Assembly (NCBI GenBank): GCA_964016885.1
Contig: OZ024747.1
Span: forward strand, 11,718,001 to 11,782,000
Reading direction: 5' to 3'
DNA length: 64,000 nucleotides
From: Eledone cirrhosa
Lineage: Eukaryota
The position numbers and the translations under genes were made by a program. Shown here one piece after another: positions 49,001 through 61,285 of this stretch. Position 1 is the first letter of the stretch. Every line of letters begins with the position of its first letter. The notes under the pieces are model-generated. The model searched no databases. It had not been told where the DNA came from and was given only the letters and a program-made list of their open reading frames with translations.

Positions 49001-52000
49001 GCTGTTGTTGTAGTTTTTGTTTGTGGTTCTACTGCTGTTGTTGTTGTAGTTTTTGTTTGTGTTTCTATTGCTGTTGTAGTAGTTTTTGTTTGTGGTTCTA
49101 TTGCTGTTGTAGTAGAAGTTTTTGTTTGTGGATCTATTGCTGTTGTTGTAGTAGTTTTTGTTTGTGGTTCTATTGCTGTTGTTGTAGTAGTTTTTGTTTG
49201 TGGTTCTATTGCTGGTGTTGTAGTACATCTTGTTTGTCGTTCTATTGCTGTTGTAGTAGTTTTTGTTTGTGGCTCTATTGCTACTGTTGTTGTAGTTTTT
49301 GTTTGTGGTTCTATTGCTGTTGTGTAGTAGTTTGGTTTGTGGTTCTATTGCTGTTGTTGTATTAGTTTTGTTTGTGGTTCTATTGCTGTTGTTGTAGTAT
49401 TTTTTGTTTGTGGTTCTATTGCTTTTGTAGTAGTTTTTGTTTGTGGTTCTATTGCTGTTGTAGTAGTAGTTTTTGTTTGTGGTTCTATTGCTCTTGTTGT
49501 AGTAGTTTTTGTTTGTGGTTCTATTGCTGTTGTTGTAGTTTTTGTTTATGGATCTATTGCTGTTGTTGTAGTAGTTTTTGTTTGTGGTTGTATTGCTGTT
49601 GTAGTAGTTTTTGCTTGTGGTTCTATTGCTCTTGTTGTTGTAGTTTTTGTATGTGGTTCTATTGCTGTTGTTGTAGTTTTTGTTTGTGGTTCTATTGCTG
49701 TTGTTGTTGTAGTTTTTGTTTGTGGTTCTATTGCTGTTGTTGTAGTAGTTTTTGTTTGTGGTTCTTTTGCTGTGTTGTTGTAATTTTTGTTTGTGGTTCT
49801 ATTGCTGTTGTAGTAGAAGTTTTTGTTTGTGGTTCTATTGCTGTTGTTGTTGTAGTTTTTGTTTGTGGTTCTATTGCTGTTGTTGTAGTTTTTGTTTGTG
49901 GTACTATTGCTGTTGTTGTAGTTTTTGTTTGTGGTTCTATTGCTGTTGTTGTTGTAGTTTTTGTTTGTGGTTCTATTGCTGTTGTTGTTGTAGTTTTTGT
50001 TAGTGGTTCTATTGTTGTTGTAGTAGTAGTTTTTGTTTGTGGTTCTATTGCTGTTGTTGTAGTAGTTTTTGTTTGTGGTTCTATTGCTGTTGTTGTAGTA
50101 GTTTTTGTTTGTGGTTCTACTGCTGTTGTTGTAGTTCTTGTTTGTTGTTCTATTGCTGTTGTTGTTGTAGTTTTTGTTTGTGGTTCTATTGCTGTTGTTG
50201 TAGTTTTTGTTTGTGGTTCTATTGGTGTTGTAGTAGTAGTTTTTGTTTCTGGTTCTATTGCTGTTGTAGTAGTTTTTGTTTGTGGTTCTCTTGCTGTTGT
50301 TTTAGTAGCTTTTTTTTGTGGTTCTATTGCTGCTGTTGTAGTAGTTTTTGTTTGTGGTTCTATTGCTGTTGTAGTAGTAGTTTTTGTTTGTGGTTCTATT
50401 GCTGTTGTTGTTGTAGTTTTTGTTTGTGGTTCTATAGCTGTTGTAGTAGTTTTTGTTTGTGGTACTATTGCTGTTGTTGTAGTTTTTGTTTGTGGTTCTA
50501 TTGCTACTGTTGTTGTAGTTTTTGTTTGTGGTTCTATTGCTGCTGTTGTAGTAGTTTTTAATTGTGGTTCTATTGCTGTTGTTGTAGTAGTTTTTGTTTG
50601 TGGTTCTATTGCTGTTGTAGTAGTTTTTGTTTGTGGTTCTATTGCTGTTGTTGTAGTAGTTTTTGTTTGTGGTTCTATAGCTGTTGTTGTTGTAACTGTT
50701 GCTTGTGGTTCCATTTCTGTTGTTGTAGTTTTTGCTTGTGGTTCTATTGCTCTTGTTGTAGTAGTTTTTGTTTGTGGTTCTATTGTTGTTGTTGTAGTAG
50801 TTTTTGTTTGTGGTTCTATTGCTGTTGTAGTAGTTTTTGTTTGTGGTTCTATTGCTGTTGTTGTAGTTTTTGTTCGTGGTTCTATTGCTACTGTTGTTGT
50901 AGTTTTTGTTTGTGGTTCTATTGCTGCTGTTGTTGTAGTTTTTATTTGTGGTTCTATTGCTGTTGTTGTAGTAGTTTTTGTTTGTGGTTCTGTTGCTGTT
51001 GTAGTAGTTTTTGTTTGTGGTTCTATTGCTGTTGTTGTAGTAGTTTTTGTTTGTGGTTCTATTGCTGTTGTTGTTGTTGTAATTGTTGTTTGTGGTTCCA
51101 TTGCTGTTGTTGTAGTTTTTGTTTGTGGTTCTATTGCTGTTGTTAAAGTAGTTTTTGTATGTGGTTCTATTGCTGTTGTTGTTGTAGCTTTAGTTTGTGT
51201 TTCTATTGCTGTTGTTGTAGTTTTTGTTTGTGGTTCTATTGCTGTTGTTGTAGTTTTTGTTTGTGGTTCTACTGCTGTTGTTGTTGTAGTTTTTGTTTGT
51301 GTTTCTATTGCTGTTGTAGTAGTTTTTGTTTGTGGTTCTATTGCTGTTGTAGTAGAAGTTTTTGTTTGTGGTTCTGTTGCTGTTGTTGTAGTAGTTGTTT
51401 GTGGTTCTATTGCTGTTGTTGTTGTAGTTTTTGTTTGTGGTTCTATTGCTGTTGTAGTAGTTTTTGTTTGTGGTTCTATCGTTGTTGTTGTAGTAGTTTT
51501 TGTTTGTGGTTCTACTGCTGTTGTTGTAGTTCTTGTTTGTTGTTCTATTGCTGTTGTTGTAGTTTTTGTTTGTGGTTCTATTGCTGTTGTTGTAGTTTTT
51601 GTTTGTGGTTCTATTGCTGTTGTAGTAGTAGTTTTTTTTGTGGTTCTATTGCTGTTGTTGTAGTTCTTTTTTGTTGTTCTACTGCTGTTGTTTTTGTAGT
51701 TTTTGTTTGTGGTTCTATTGCTGTTGTTGTAGTAGTTTTTGTTTGTGGTTCTATTGCTGTTGTTGTAGTTTTTGTTTGTGATTCTATTGCTGTTGTAGTA
51801 GTAGTTTTTGTTTGTGGTTCTATTGCTGTTGTAGTAGTTTTTGTTTGTGGTTCTCTTGCTGTTGTTTTAGTAGCTTTTTTTTGTGGTTCTATTGCTGCTG
51901 TTGTAGTAGTTTTTGTTTGTGGTTCTATTGCTGTTGTAGTAGTAGTTTTTGTTTGTGGTTCTATTGCTGTTGTTGTTGTTGTTGTAGTTTTTGTTTGTGG

Positions 52001-55000
52001 TTCTATAGCTGTTGTAGTAGTTTTTGTTTGTGGTACTATTGCTGCTGTTGTTGTAGTTTTTAATTGGTGTTCTATTGCTGTTGTTGTAGTAGTTTTTGTT
52101 TGTGGTTCTATTGCTGTTGTAGTAGTTTTTGTTTGTGGTTCTATTGCTGTTGTTGTAGTAGTTTTTGTTTGTGGTTCTATAGCTGTTGTTGTTGTAACTG
52201 TTGCTTGTGGTTCCATTTCTGTTGTTGTAGTTTTTGCTTGTGGTTCTATTGCTCTTGTTGTAGTAGTTTTTGTTTGTGGTTCTATTGTTGTTGTTGTAGT
52301 AGTTTTTGTTTGTGGTTCTATTGCTGTTGTAGTAGTTTTTGTTTGTGGTTCTATTGCTGTTGTTGTAGTTTTTGTTCGTGGTTCTATTGCTACTGTTGTT
52401 GTAGTTTTTGTTTGTGGTTCTATTGCTGCTGTTGTTGTAGTTTTTATTTGTGGTTCTATTGCTGTTGTTGTAGTAGTTTTTGTTTGTGGTTCTGTTGCTG
52501 TTGTAGTAGTTTTTGTTTGTGGTTCTATTGCTGTTGTTGTAGTTTTTGTTTGTGTTTCTATTGCTGTTGTAGTAGTTTTTGTTTGTGGTTCTATTGCTGT
52601 TGTAGTAGAAGTTTTTGTTTGTGGATCTATTGCTGTTGTTGTAGTAGTTTTTGTTTGTGGTTCTATTGCTGTTGTTGTAGTAGTTTTTGTTTGTGGTTCT
52701 ATTGCTGGTGTTGTAGTACATCTTGTTTGTCGTTCTATTGCTGTTGTAGTAGTTTTTGTTTGTGGCTCTATTGCTACTGTTGTTGTAGTTTTTGTTTGTG
52801 GTTCTATTGCTGTTGTGTAGTAGTTTGGTTTGTGGTTCTATTGCTGTTGTTGTATTAGTTTTGTTTGTGGTTCTATTGCTGTTGTTGTAGTATTTTTTGT
52901 TTGTGGTTCTATTGCTTTTGTAGTAGTTTTTGTTTGTGGTTCTATTGCTGTTGTAGTAGTAGTTTTTGTTTGTGGTTCTATTGCTCTTGTTGTAGTAGTT
53001 TTTGTTTGTGGTTCTATTGCTGTTGTTGTAGTTTTTGTTTATGGATCTATTGCTGTTGTTGTAGTAGTTTTTGTTTGTGGTTGTATTGCTGTTGTAGTAG
53101 TTTTTGCTTGTGGTTCTATTGCTCTTGTTGTTGTAGTTTTTGTATGTGGTTCTATTGCTGTTGTTGTAGTTTTTGTTTGTGGTTCTATTGCTGTTGTTGT
53201 TGTAGTTTTTGTTTGTGGTTCTATTGCTGTTGTTGTAGTAGTTTTTGTTTGTGGTTCTTTTGCTGTGTTGTTGTAATTTTTGTTTGTGGTTCTATTGCTG
53301 TTGTAGTAGAAGTTTTTGTTTGTGGTTCTATTGCTGTTGTTGTTGTAGTTTTTGTTTGTGGTTCTATTGCTGTTGTTGTAGTTTTTGTTTGTGGTACTAT
53401 TGCTGTTGTTGTAGTTTTTGTTTGTGGTTCTATTGCTGTTGTTGTTGTAGTTTTTGTTTGTGGTTCTATTGCTGTTGTTGTTGTAGTTTTTGTTAGTGGT
53501 TCTATTGTTGTTGTAGTAGTAGTTTTTGTTTGTGGTTCTATTGCTGTTGTTGTAGTAGTTTTTGTTTGTGGTTCTATTGCTGTTGTTGTAGTAGTTTTTG
53601 TTTGTGGTTCTACTGCTGTTGTTGTAGTTCTTGTTTGTTGTTCTATTGCTGTTGTTGTTGTAGTTTTTGTTTGTGGTTCTATTGCTGTTGTTGTAGTTTT
53701 TGTTTGTGGTTCTATTGGTGTTGTAGTAGTAGTTTTTGTTTCTGGTTCTATTGCTGTTGTAGTAGTTTTTGTTTGTGGTTCTCTTGCTGTTGTTTTAGTA
53801 GCTTTTTTTTGTGGTTCTATTGCTGCTGTTGTAGTAGTTTTTGTTTGTGGTTCTATTGCTGTTGTAGTAGTAGTTTTTGTTTGTGGTTCTATTGCTGTTG
53901 TTGTTGTAGTTTTTGTTTGTGGTTCTATAGCTGTTGTAGTAGTTTTTGTTTGTGGTACTATTGCTGTTGTTGTAGTTTTTGTTTGTGGTTCTATTGCTAC
54001 TGTTGTTGTAGTTTTTGTTTGTGGTTCTATTGCTGCTGTTGTAGTAGTTTTTAATTGTGGTTCTATTGCTGTTGTTGTAGTAGTTTTTGTTTGTGGTTCT
54101 ATTGCTGTTGTAGTAGTTTTTGTTTGTGGTTCTATTGCTGTTGTTGTAGTAGTTTTTGTTTGTGGTTCTATAGCTGTTGTTGTTGTAACTGTTGCTTGTG
54201 GTTCCATTTCTGTTGTTGTAGTTTTTGCTTGTGGTTCTATTGCTCTTGTTGTAGTAGTTTTTGTTTGTGGTTCTATTGTTGTTGTTGTAGTAGTTTTTGT
54301 TTGTGGTTCTATTGCTGTTGTAGTAGTTTTTGTTTGTGGTTCTATTGCTGTTGTTGTAGTTTTTGTTCGTGGTTCTATTGCTACTGTTGTTGTAGTTTTT
54401 GTTTGTGGTTCTATTGCTGCTGTTGTTGTAGTTTTTATTTGTGGTTCTATTGCTGTTGTTGTAGTAGTTTTTGTTTGTGGTTCTGTTGCTGTTGTAGTAG
54501 TTTTTGTTTGTGGTTCTATTGCTGTTGTTGTAGTAGTTTTTGTTTGTGGTTCTATTGCTGTTGTTGTTGTTGTAATTGTTGTTTGTGGTTCCATTGCTGT
54601 TGTTGTAGTTTTTGTTTGTGGTTCTGTTGCTGTTGTTGTAGTAGTTGTTTGTGGTTCTATTGCTGTTGTTGTTGTAGTTTTTGTTTGTGGTTCTATTGCT
54701 GTTGTAGTAGTTTTTGTTTGTGGTTCTATCGTTGTTGTTGTAGTAGTTTTTGTTTGTGGTTCTACTACTGTTGTTGTAGTTCTTGTTTGTTGTTCTATTG
54801 CTGTTGTTGTAGTTTTTGTTTGTGGTTCTATTGCTGTTGTTGTAGTTTTTGTTTGTGGTTCTATTGCTGTTGTAGTAGTAGTTTTTTTTGTGGTTCTATT
54901 GCTGTTGTTGTAGTTCTTTTTTGTTGTTCTACTGCTGTTGTTTTTGTAGTTTTTGTTTGTGGTTCTATTGCTGTTGTTGTAGTAGTTTTTGTTTGTGGTT

Positions 55001-58000
55001 CTATTGCTGTTGTTGTAGTTTTTGTTTGTGATTCTATTGCTGTTGTAGTAGTAGTTTTTGTTTGTGGTTCTATTGCTGTTGTAGTAGTTTTTGTTTGTGG
55101 TTCTCTTGCTGTTGTTTTAGTAGCTTTTTTTTGTGGTTCTATTGCTGCTGTTGTAGTAGTTTTTGTTTGTGGTTCTATTGCTGTTGTAGTAGTAGTTTTT
55201 GTTTGTGGTTCTATTGCTGTTGTTGTTGTTGTTGTAGTTTTTGTTTGTGGTTCTATAGCTGTTGTAGTAGTTTTTGTTTGTGGTACTATTGCTGCTGTTG
55301 TTGTAGTTTTTAATTGGTGTTCTATTGCTGTTGTTGTAGTAGTTTTTGTTTGTGGTTCTATTGCTGTTGTAGTAGTTTTTGTTTGTGGTTCTATTGCTGT
55401 TGTTGTAGTAGTTTTTGTTTGTGGTTCTATAGCTGTTGTTGTTGTAACTGTTGCTTGTGGTTCCATTTCTGTTGTTGTAGTTTTTGCTTGTGGTTCTATT
55501 GCTCTTGTTGTAGTAGTTTTTGTTTGTGGTTCTATTGTTGTTGTTGTAGTAGTTTTTGTTTGTGGTTCTATTGCTGTTGTAGTAGTTTTTGTTTGTGGTT
55601 CTATTGCTGTTGTTGTAGTTTTTGTTCGTGGTTCTATTGCTACTGTTGTTGTAGTTTTTGTTTGTGGTTCTACTGCTGCTGTTGTTGTAGTTTTTATTTG
55701 TGGTTCTATTGCTGTTGTTGTAGTAGTTTTTGTTTGTGGTTCTGTTGCTGTTGTAGTAGTTTTTGTTTGTGGTTCTATTGCTGTTGTTGTAGTAGTTTTT
55801 GTTTGTGGTTCTATTGCTGTTGTTGTTGTTGTAATTGTTGTTTGTGGTTCCATTGCTGTTGTTGTAGTTTTTGTTTGTGGTTCTATTGCTGTTGTTAAAG
55901 TAGTTTTTGTATGTGGTTCTATTGCTGTTGTTGTTGTAGCTTTAGTTTGTGTTTCTATTGCTGTTGTTGTAGTTTTTGTTTGTGGTTCTATTGCTGTTGT
56001 TGTAGTTTTTGTTTGTGGTTCTACTGCTGTTGTTGTTGTAGTTTTTGTTTGTGTTTCTATTGCTGTTGTAGTAGTTTTTGTTTGTGGTTCTATTGCTGTT
56101 GTAGTAGAAGTTTTTGTTTGTGGTTCTGTTGCTGTTGTTGTAGTAGTTGTTTGTGGTTCTATTGCTGTTGTTGTTGTAGTTTTTGTTTGTGGTTCTATTG
56201 CTGTTGTAGTAGTTTTTGTTTGTGGTTCTATCGTTGTTGTTGTAGTAGTTTTTGTTTGTGGTTCTACTGCTGTTGTTGTAGTTCTTGTTTGTTGTTCTAT
56301 TGCTGTTGTTGTAGTTTTTGTTTGTGGTTCTATTGCTGTTGTTGTAGTTTTTGTTTGTGGTTCTATTGCTGTTGTAGTAGTAGTTTTTTTTGTGGTTCTA
56401 TTGCTGTTGTTGTAGTTCTTTTTTGTTGTTCTACTGCTGTTGTTTTTGTAGTTTTTGTTTGTGGTTCTATTGCTGTTGTTGTAGTAGTTTTTGTTTGTGT
56501 GGTTCTATTGCTGTTGTTGTAGTTTTTGTTTGTGATTCTATTGCTGTTGTAGTAGTAGTTTTTGTTTGTGGTTCTATTGCTGTTGTAGTAGTTTTTGTTT
56601 GTGGTTCTCTTGCTGTTGTTTTAGTAGCTTTTTTTGTGGTTCTATTGCTGCTGTTGTAGTAGTTTTTGTTTGTGGTTCTATTGCTCTTGTTGTAGTTTTT
56701 GTTTGTGGTTCTATTGATGCCGTTGAAGTAGTTTTTAATTGTGGTTCTATTGCTGTTGTTGTAGTAGTTTTTGTTTGTGGTTCTATTGCTGTTGTAGTAG
56801 TTTTTGTTTGTGGTGCTATTGCTGTTGTTGTAGTAGTTTTTGTTTGTGGTTCTATTGCTGTTGTTGTAACTGTTGTTTGTGGTTCCATTGCTGTTGTTGT
56901 AGTTTTTGTTTGTGGTTCTATTGCTACTGTTGTTGTAGTTTTTGTTTGTGGTTCTATTGCTGCTGTTGTTGTAGTTTTTGTTTGTGCTTCTATTGCTCTT
57001 ATTGTAGTTTTTGTTTGTGGTTCTATTGATGCTGTTGTAGTAGTTTTTAATTGTGGTTCTATTGCTGTTGTTGTAGTAGTTTTTGTTTGTGTTTCTATTG
57101 CTGTTGTTTTAGTAGTTTTTGTTTGTGGTTCTATTGCTGTTGTTGTTGTAACTGTTGTTTGTGGTTCCATTGCTGTTGTTGTAGTTTTTGTTTGTGGTTC
57201 TATTGCTGTTGTAGTAGTTTTTGTTTGTGGTTCTATTGCTGTTGTTGTAGTTTTTGTTTGTGGTTCTATTGCTACTGTTGTTGTAGTTTTTGTTTGTGGT
57301 TCTATTGCTGCTGTTGTTGTAGTTTTTTTGTGGTTCTATTGCTCTTGTTGTAGTTTTTGTTTGTGGTTCTATTGATGCTGTTGTAGTAGTTTTTATTTGT
57401 GGTTCTATTGCTGTTGTTGTAGAAGTTTTTGTTTGTGGTTCTGTTGCTGTTGTAGTAGTTTTTGTTTGTGGTTCCATTGCTGTTGTTGTAGTTTTTGTTT
57501 GTGGTTCTATTGCTGTTGTTAAAGTAGTTTTTGTATGTGGTTCTATTGCTGTTGAAGTAGTTTTGTTTGTGGTTCTATTGCTGTTGTAGTAGTTTTTGTT
57601 TGTGGTTCTATTGCTGTTGTAGTAGTTTTTGTTTGTGTTCTATTGCTGTTGTTGTTGTTGTTGTTGTTGTTGTTTGTGGTTCCATTGCTGTTGTTGTAGT
57701 TTTTGTCTGTGGTTCTATTGCTGTTGTTAAAGTAGTTTTTGTTTGTGGTTCTATTGTTGTTGTAGTAGTTTTTGTTTGTGGTTCTATTGCTGATGTTATT
57801 GTTGTTTTTGTTTATGGTTCTATTGCTGTTGTTCTTGTTGTTTTTGTTTGTGATTCTATTGCTGTTGTTATTGTTGTTTTTGTTTGTGGTTCTATTGCTG
57901 TTGTTATTGTTGTTTTTGTTTGTGCTTCTATTGCTGTTGTTATTGTTGTTTTTGTTTGTGGTTCTATTGCTGTTGTTATTTTTTTTTATTCGTGGTTCTA

Positions 58001-61000
58001 TTGCTGTTGTTGTTGTAGTTTTTGTTTGTGGTTCTATTGCTGTTGTTGTAGTAGTTTTTGTTTGTGGTTCTATTGCTGTTGTTATTGTTGTTTTTGTTTG
58101 TGGTTCTATTGCTGTTGTTAATGTTGTTTTTGTTTGTGGTTCTATTGCTGTTGTTATTGTTGTTTTTGTTTGTGGTTCTATTACTGTTGTTATTGTTGTT
58201 TTTATTTGTGGTTCTATTGCTGTTGTTGTAGTTTTTGTTTGTGATTCTATTGCTGTTGTTGTAGTAGTTTTTGTTTGTGGTTCTATTGCTGTTGTAGTAG
58301 TTTTTTCTTGTGGTTCTATTGCTCTTGTTGTAGTTTTTGTTTGTGGTTCTATTGCTGTTGTTGTAGTTTTTGTTTGTGGTTCTATTGCTGTTGTTGTAGT
58401 AGTTTTTGTTTGTGGTTCTATTGCTGTGGTAGGAGTTTTTGTTTGTGGTTCTATTGCTGTTGTTGTTGTAGTTTTTGTTTGTGGTTCTATTGTTGTTGTT
58501 GTAGTTTTTGTTTGTGGTTCTATTGCTCTTGTTGTTGTAGTTTTTGTTTGTGGTTCTATTGCTCTTGTTGTAGTAGTTTTTGTTTGTGGTTCTATTGCTG
58601 TTGTAGTAGAAGTTTTTGTGTGTGGTTCTATTGCTGTTGTTGTTGTAGTTTTTGATTGTGGTGCTCTTACTGTTGTTGTAGTAGTTGTTGTTTGTGGTTC
58701 TATTGCTGTTGAAGTAGTTTTTATTTGTGGTTCTATTGCTGTTGTTGTTGTAGTTATGTTTGTGGTTTTATTGCTGTTGTTGTAGTTTTTGTTTGTGCTT
58801 TTATTGCTGTTTTTGTTGTAGTTTTTGTTTGTGGTTCAATTGCTGTTGTTGTAGTAGTTTTTGTTTGTGGTTCTATTGCTGTGTTGTTGTAGTTTTTGTT
58901 TGTGGTTCTATTGCTGTTGTAGTAGAAGTTTTTGTTTGTGGTTCTATTGCTGTTGTTGTTGCAGCTTTTGTTTGTTTTTCTATTGCTGTTTTGGTAGTTT
59001 TTGTTTGTGGTTCTATTGCTGTTGTTGTAGTTTTTGTTTGTGGTTCTATTGCTGTTTTTGTTGTAGTTTTTGTTTGTGATTCTATTAGTGTTGTAGTAGT
59101 TTTTGTTTGTGGTTCTATTGCTGTGGTAGTAGAAGTTTTTGTTTGTGGTTCTATTGCTGTTGTTGTTGTAGTTTTTGTTTGTGGTTCTATTGGTGTTGTA
59201 GTAGAATTTTTTGTTTGTGCTTCTATTGCTGTTGTTGTAGTAGTTGTTTGTGGTTCTATTGCTGTTGTTGATGTAGTTTTTGTTTGTGGTTCTATTGCTG
59301 TTGTGGTAGTTTTTGTTTGTGGTTCTATTGCTGTTGCAGTTGATTTTGTTTGTGGTTCTATTGTTTTTGTTGTAGTAGTTTTTGTTTGTGGTACTACTGC
59401 TGTTGTTGTAGTTCTTGTTTGTTGTTCTATTGCTGTTGTTGTTGTAGTTTTTGTTTGTGGTTCTATTGCTGTTGTTGTAGTTTTTGTTTGTGGTCCTATT
59501 GCTGTTGTAGTAGTAGTTTTTGTTTGTGGTTCTATTGCTGTTGTTATAGTTCTTGTTTGTTGTTCTATTGCTGTTGTTGTTGTAGTTTTTGTTTGTGGTT
59601 CTATTGCTGTTGTTGTAGTAGTTTTTGTTTGTGGTTCTATTGCTGTTGTTGTAGTTTTTGTTTGTGGTTCTATTGCTGTTGTAGTAGTAGTTTTTGTTTG
59701 TGGTTCTATTGCTGTTGTAGTAGTTTTTGTTTGTGGTTCCATTGCTGTTGTAGTAGTAGTTTTTGTTTGTGGTTCTATTGGTGTTGTTGTAGTAGTTTTG
59801 TTTGTGGTTCTATTGCTGTTGTAGTAGTAGTTTTTGTTTATGGTTCTATTGTTGTTGTAGTAGTAGTTCTTGTTTGTCCTTCTATTGCTGTTGTAGTAGT
59901 TTTTGTTTGTGGTCCTATTGCTGTTGTAGTAGTAGTTTTTGTTTGTGGTTCTATTGCTGTTGTTATTGTTGTTTTTGTTTGTGGTTCTATTGCTGTTGTT
60001 GTTGTAGTTTTTGTTTGTGGTTCTATTGCTGTTGTTGTAGTTTTTGTTTGTGGTTCTATTGCTGTTGTTGTAGTTTTTGTTTGTGGTTCTATTGCGGTTG
60101 TTGTTGTAGTTTTTTTTTGTGGTTCTATTGCTGTTGTTGTAGTAGTTTTTGTTTGTGGTTCTATTGCTGTTGTAGTAGAAGTTTTTGTGTGTGGTTCTAT
60201 TGCTGTTGTTGTTGTAGTTTTTGTTTGTGGTCCTATTGCTGTTGTAGTAGTAGTTTTTGTTTGTGGTTCTATTGCTGTTGTTGTAGTTGTTTTTGTTTGT
60301 GTTTCTATTGCTGTTGTTGTTGTAATTTTTGTTTGTGGTTCTATTGCTGTTGTAGTAGTAGTTTATGTTTGTGGTTCTATTGCTGTTGTTGTAGTAGTTT
60401 TTGTTTGCGGTTCTATTGCTGTTGTTGTAGTTCTTGTTTGTTGTTCTATTGCTGTTGTTGTTGTAGTTTTTGATTGTGGTTCTATTGCTGTTGTAGTAGT
60501 TTTTGTTTGTGGTTCTATTGCTGTTGTTGTAGTTTTTGTTTGTGGTTCTATTGCTGTTGTTGTAGTTTTTGTTTGTGGTTTTATTGCTGCTGTTGTAGTA
60601 GTTTTTGTTTGTGGTTCTATTGCTGTTGTTGTTGTAGTTTTTGTTTGTGGGTCTATTGCTGTTGTTGTGGTAGTTTTTGTTTGTGGTTCTATTGCTGTTG
60701 TTGTAGTAGTTCTTGTTTGTTGTTCTATTGCTGTTGTTGTAGTAGTTTTTGTTTGTGGTTCTATTGCTGTTGCTGTAGTAGTTCTTGTTTGTGGTTCTAT
60801 GGATGTTGTTGTAGTTTTTGTTTGTGGTTCTATTGCTGTTGTAGTAGTAGTTTTTGTTTGTGGTTCTATTGCTGTTGTTATTGTTGTTTGTGGTTCTATT
60901 GCTGTTGTTGTAGTAGTTTTGTTTGTGGTTCTATTGCTGTTGTTGTAGTAGTTTTTGTTTGTGGTTCTATTGCTGTTGTAGTAGTTTTTGTTTGTGGTTC

Positions 61001-61253
61001 TATTGCTACTGTTGTTGTAGTTTTTGTTTGTGGTTCTATTGCTGCTGTTGTTGTAGTTTTTGATTGTGGTTATATTGCTCTTGTTGTAGTTTTTGTTTGT
61101 GGTTCTATTCATGCTGTTGTAGTAGTTTTTATTTGTTGTTCTTCTTGCTGTTGTTGTAGTAGTTTTTGTTTGTGGTTCTATTGCTGTTGTTGTAGTTTTT
61201 GTTTGTGGTTCTATTGCTGTTGTTGTAGTAGTTTTTGTTTGTGGTTCTATTGC

Positions 61254-61285
<32 letters not shown>
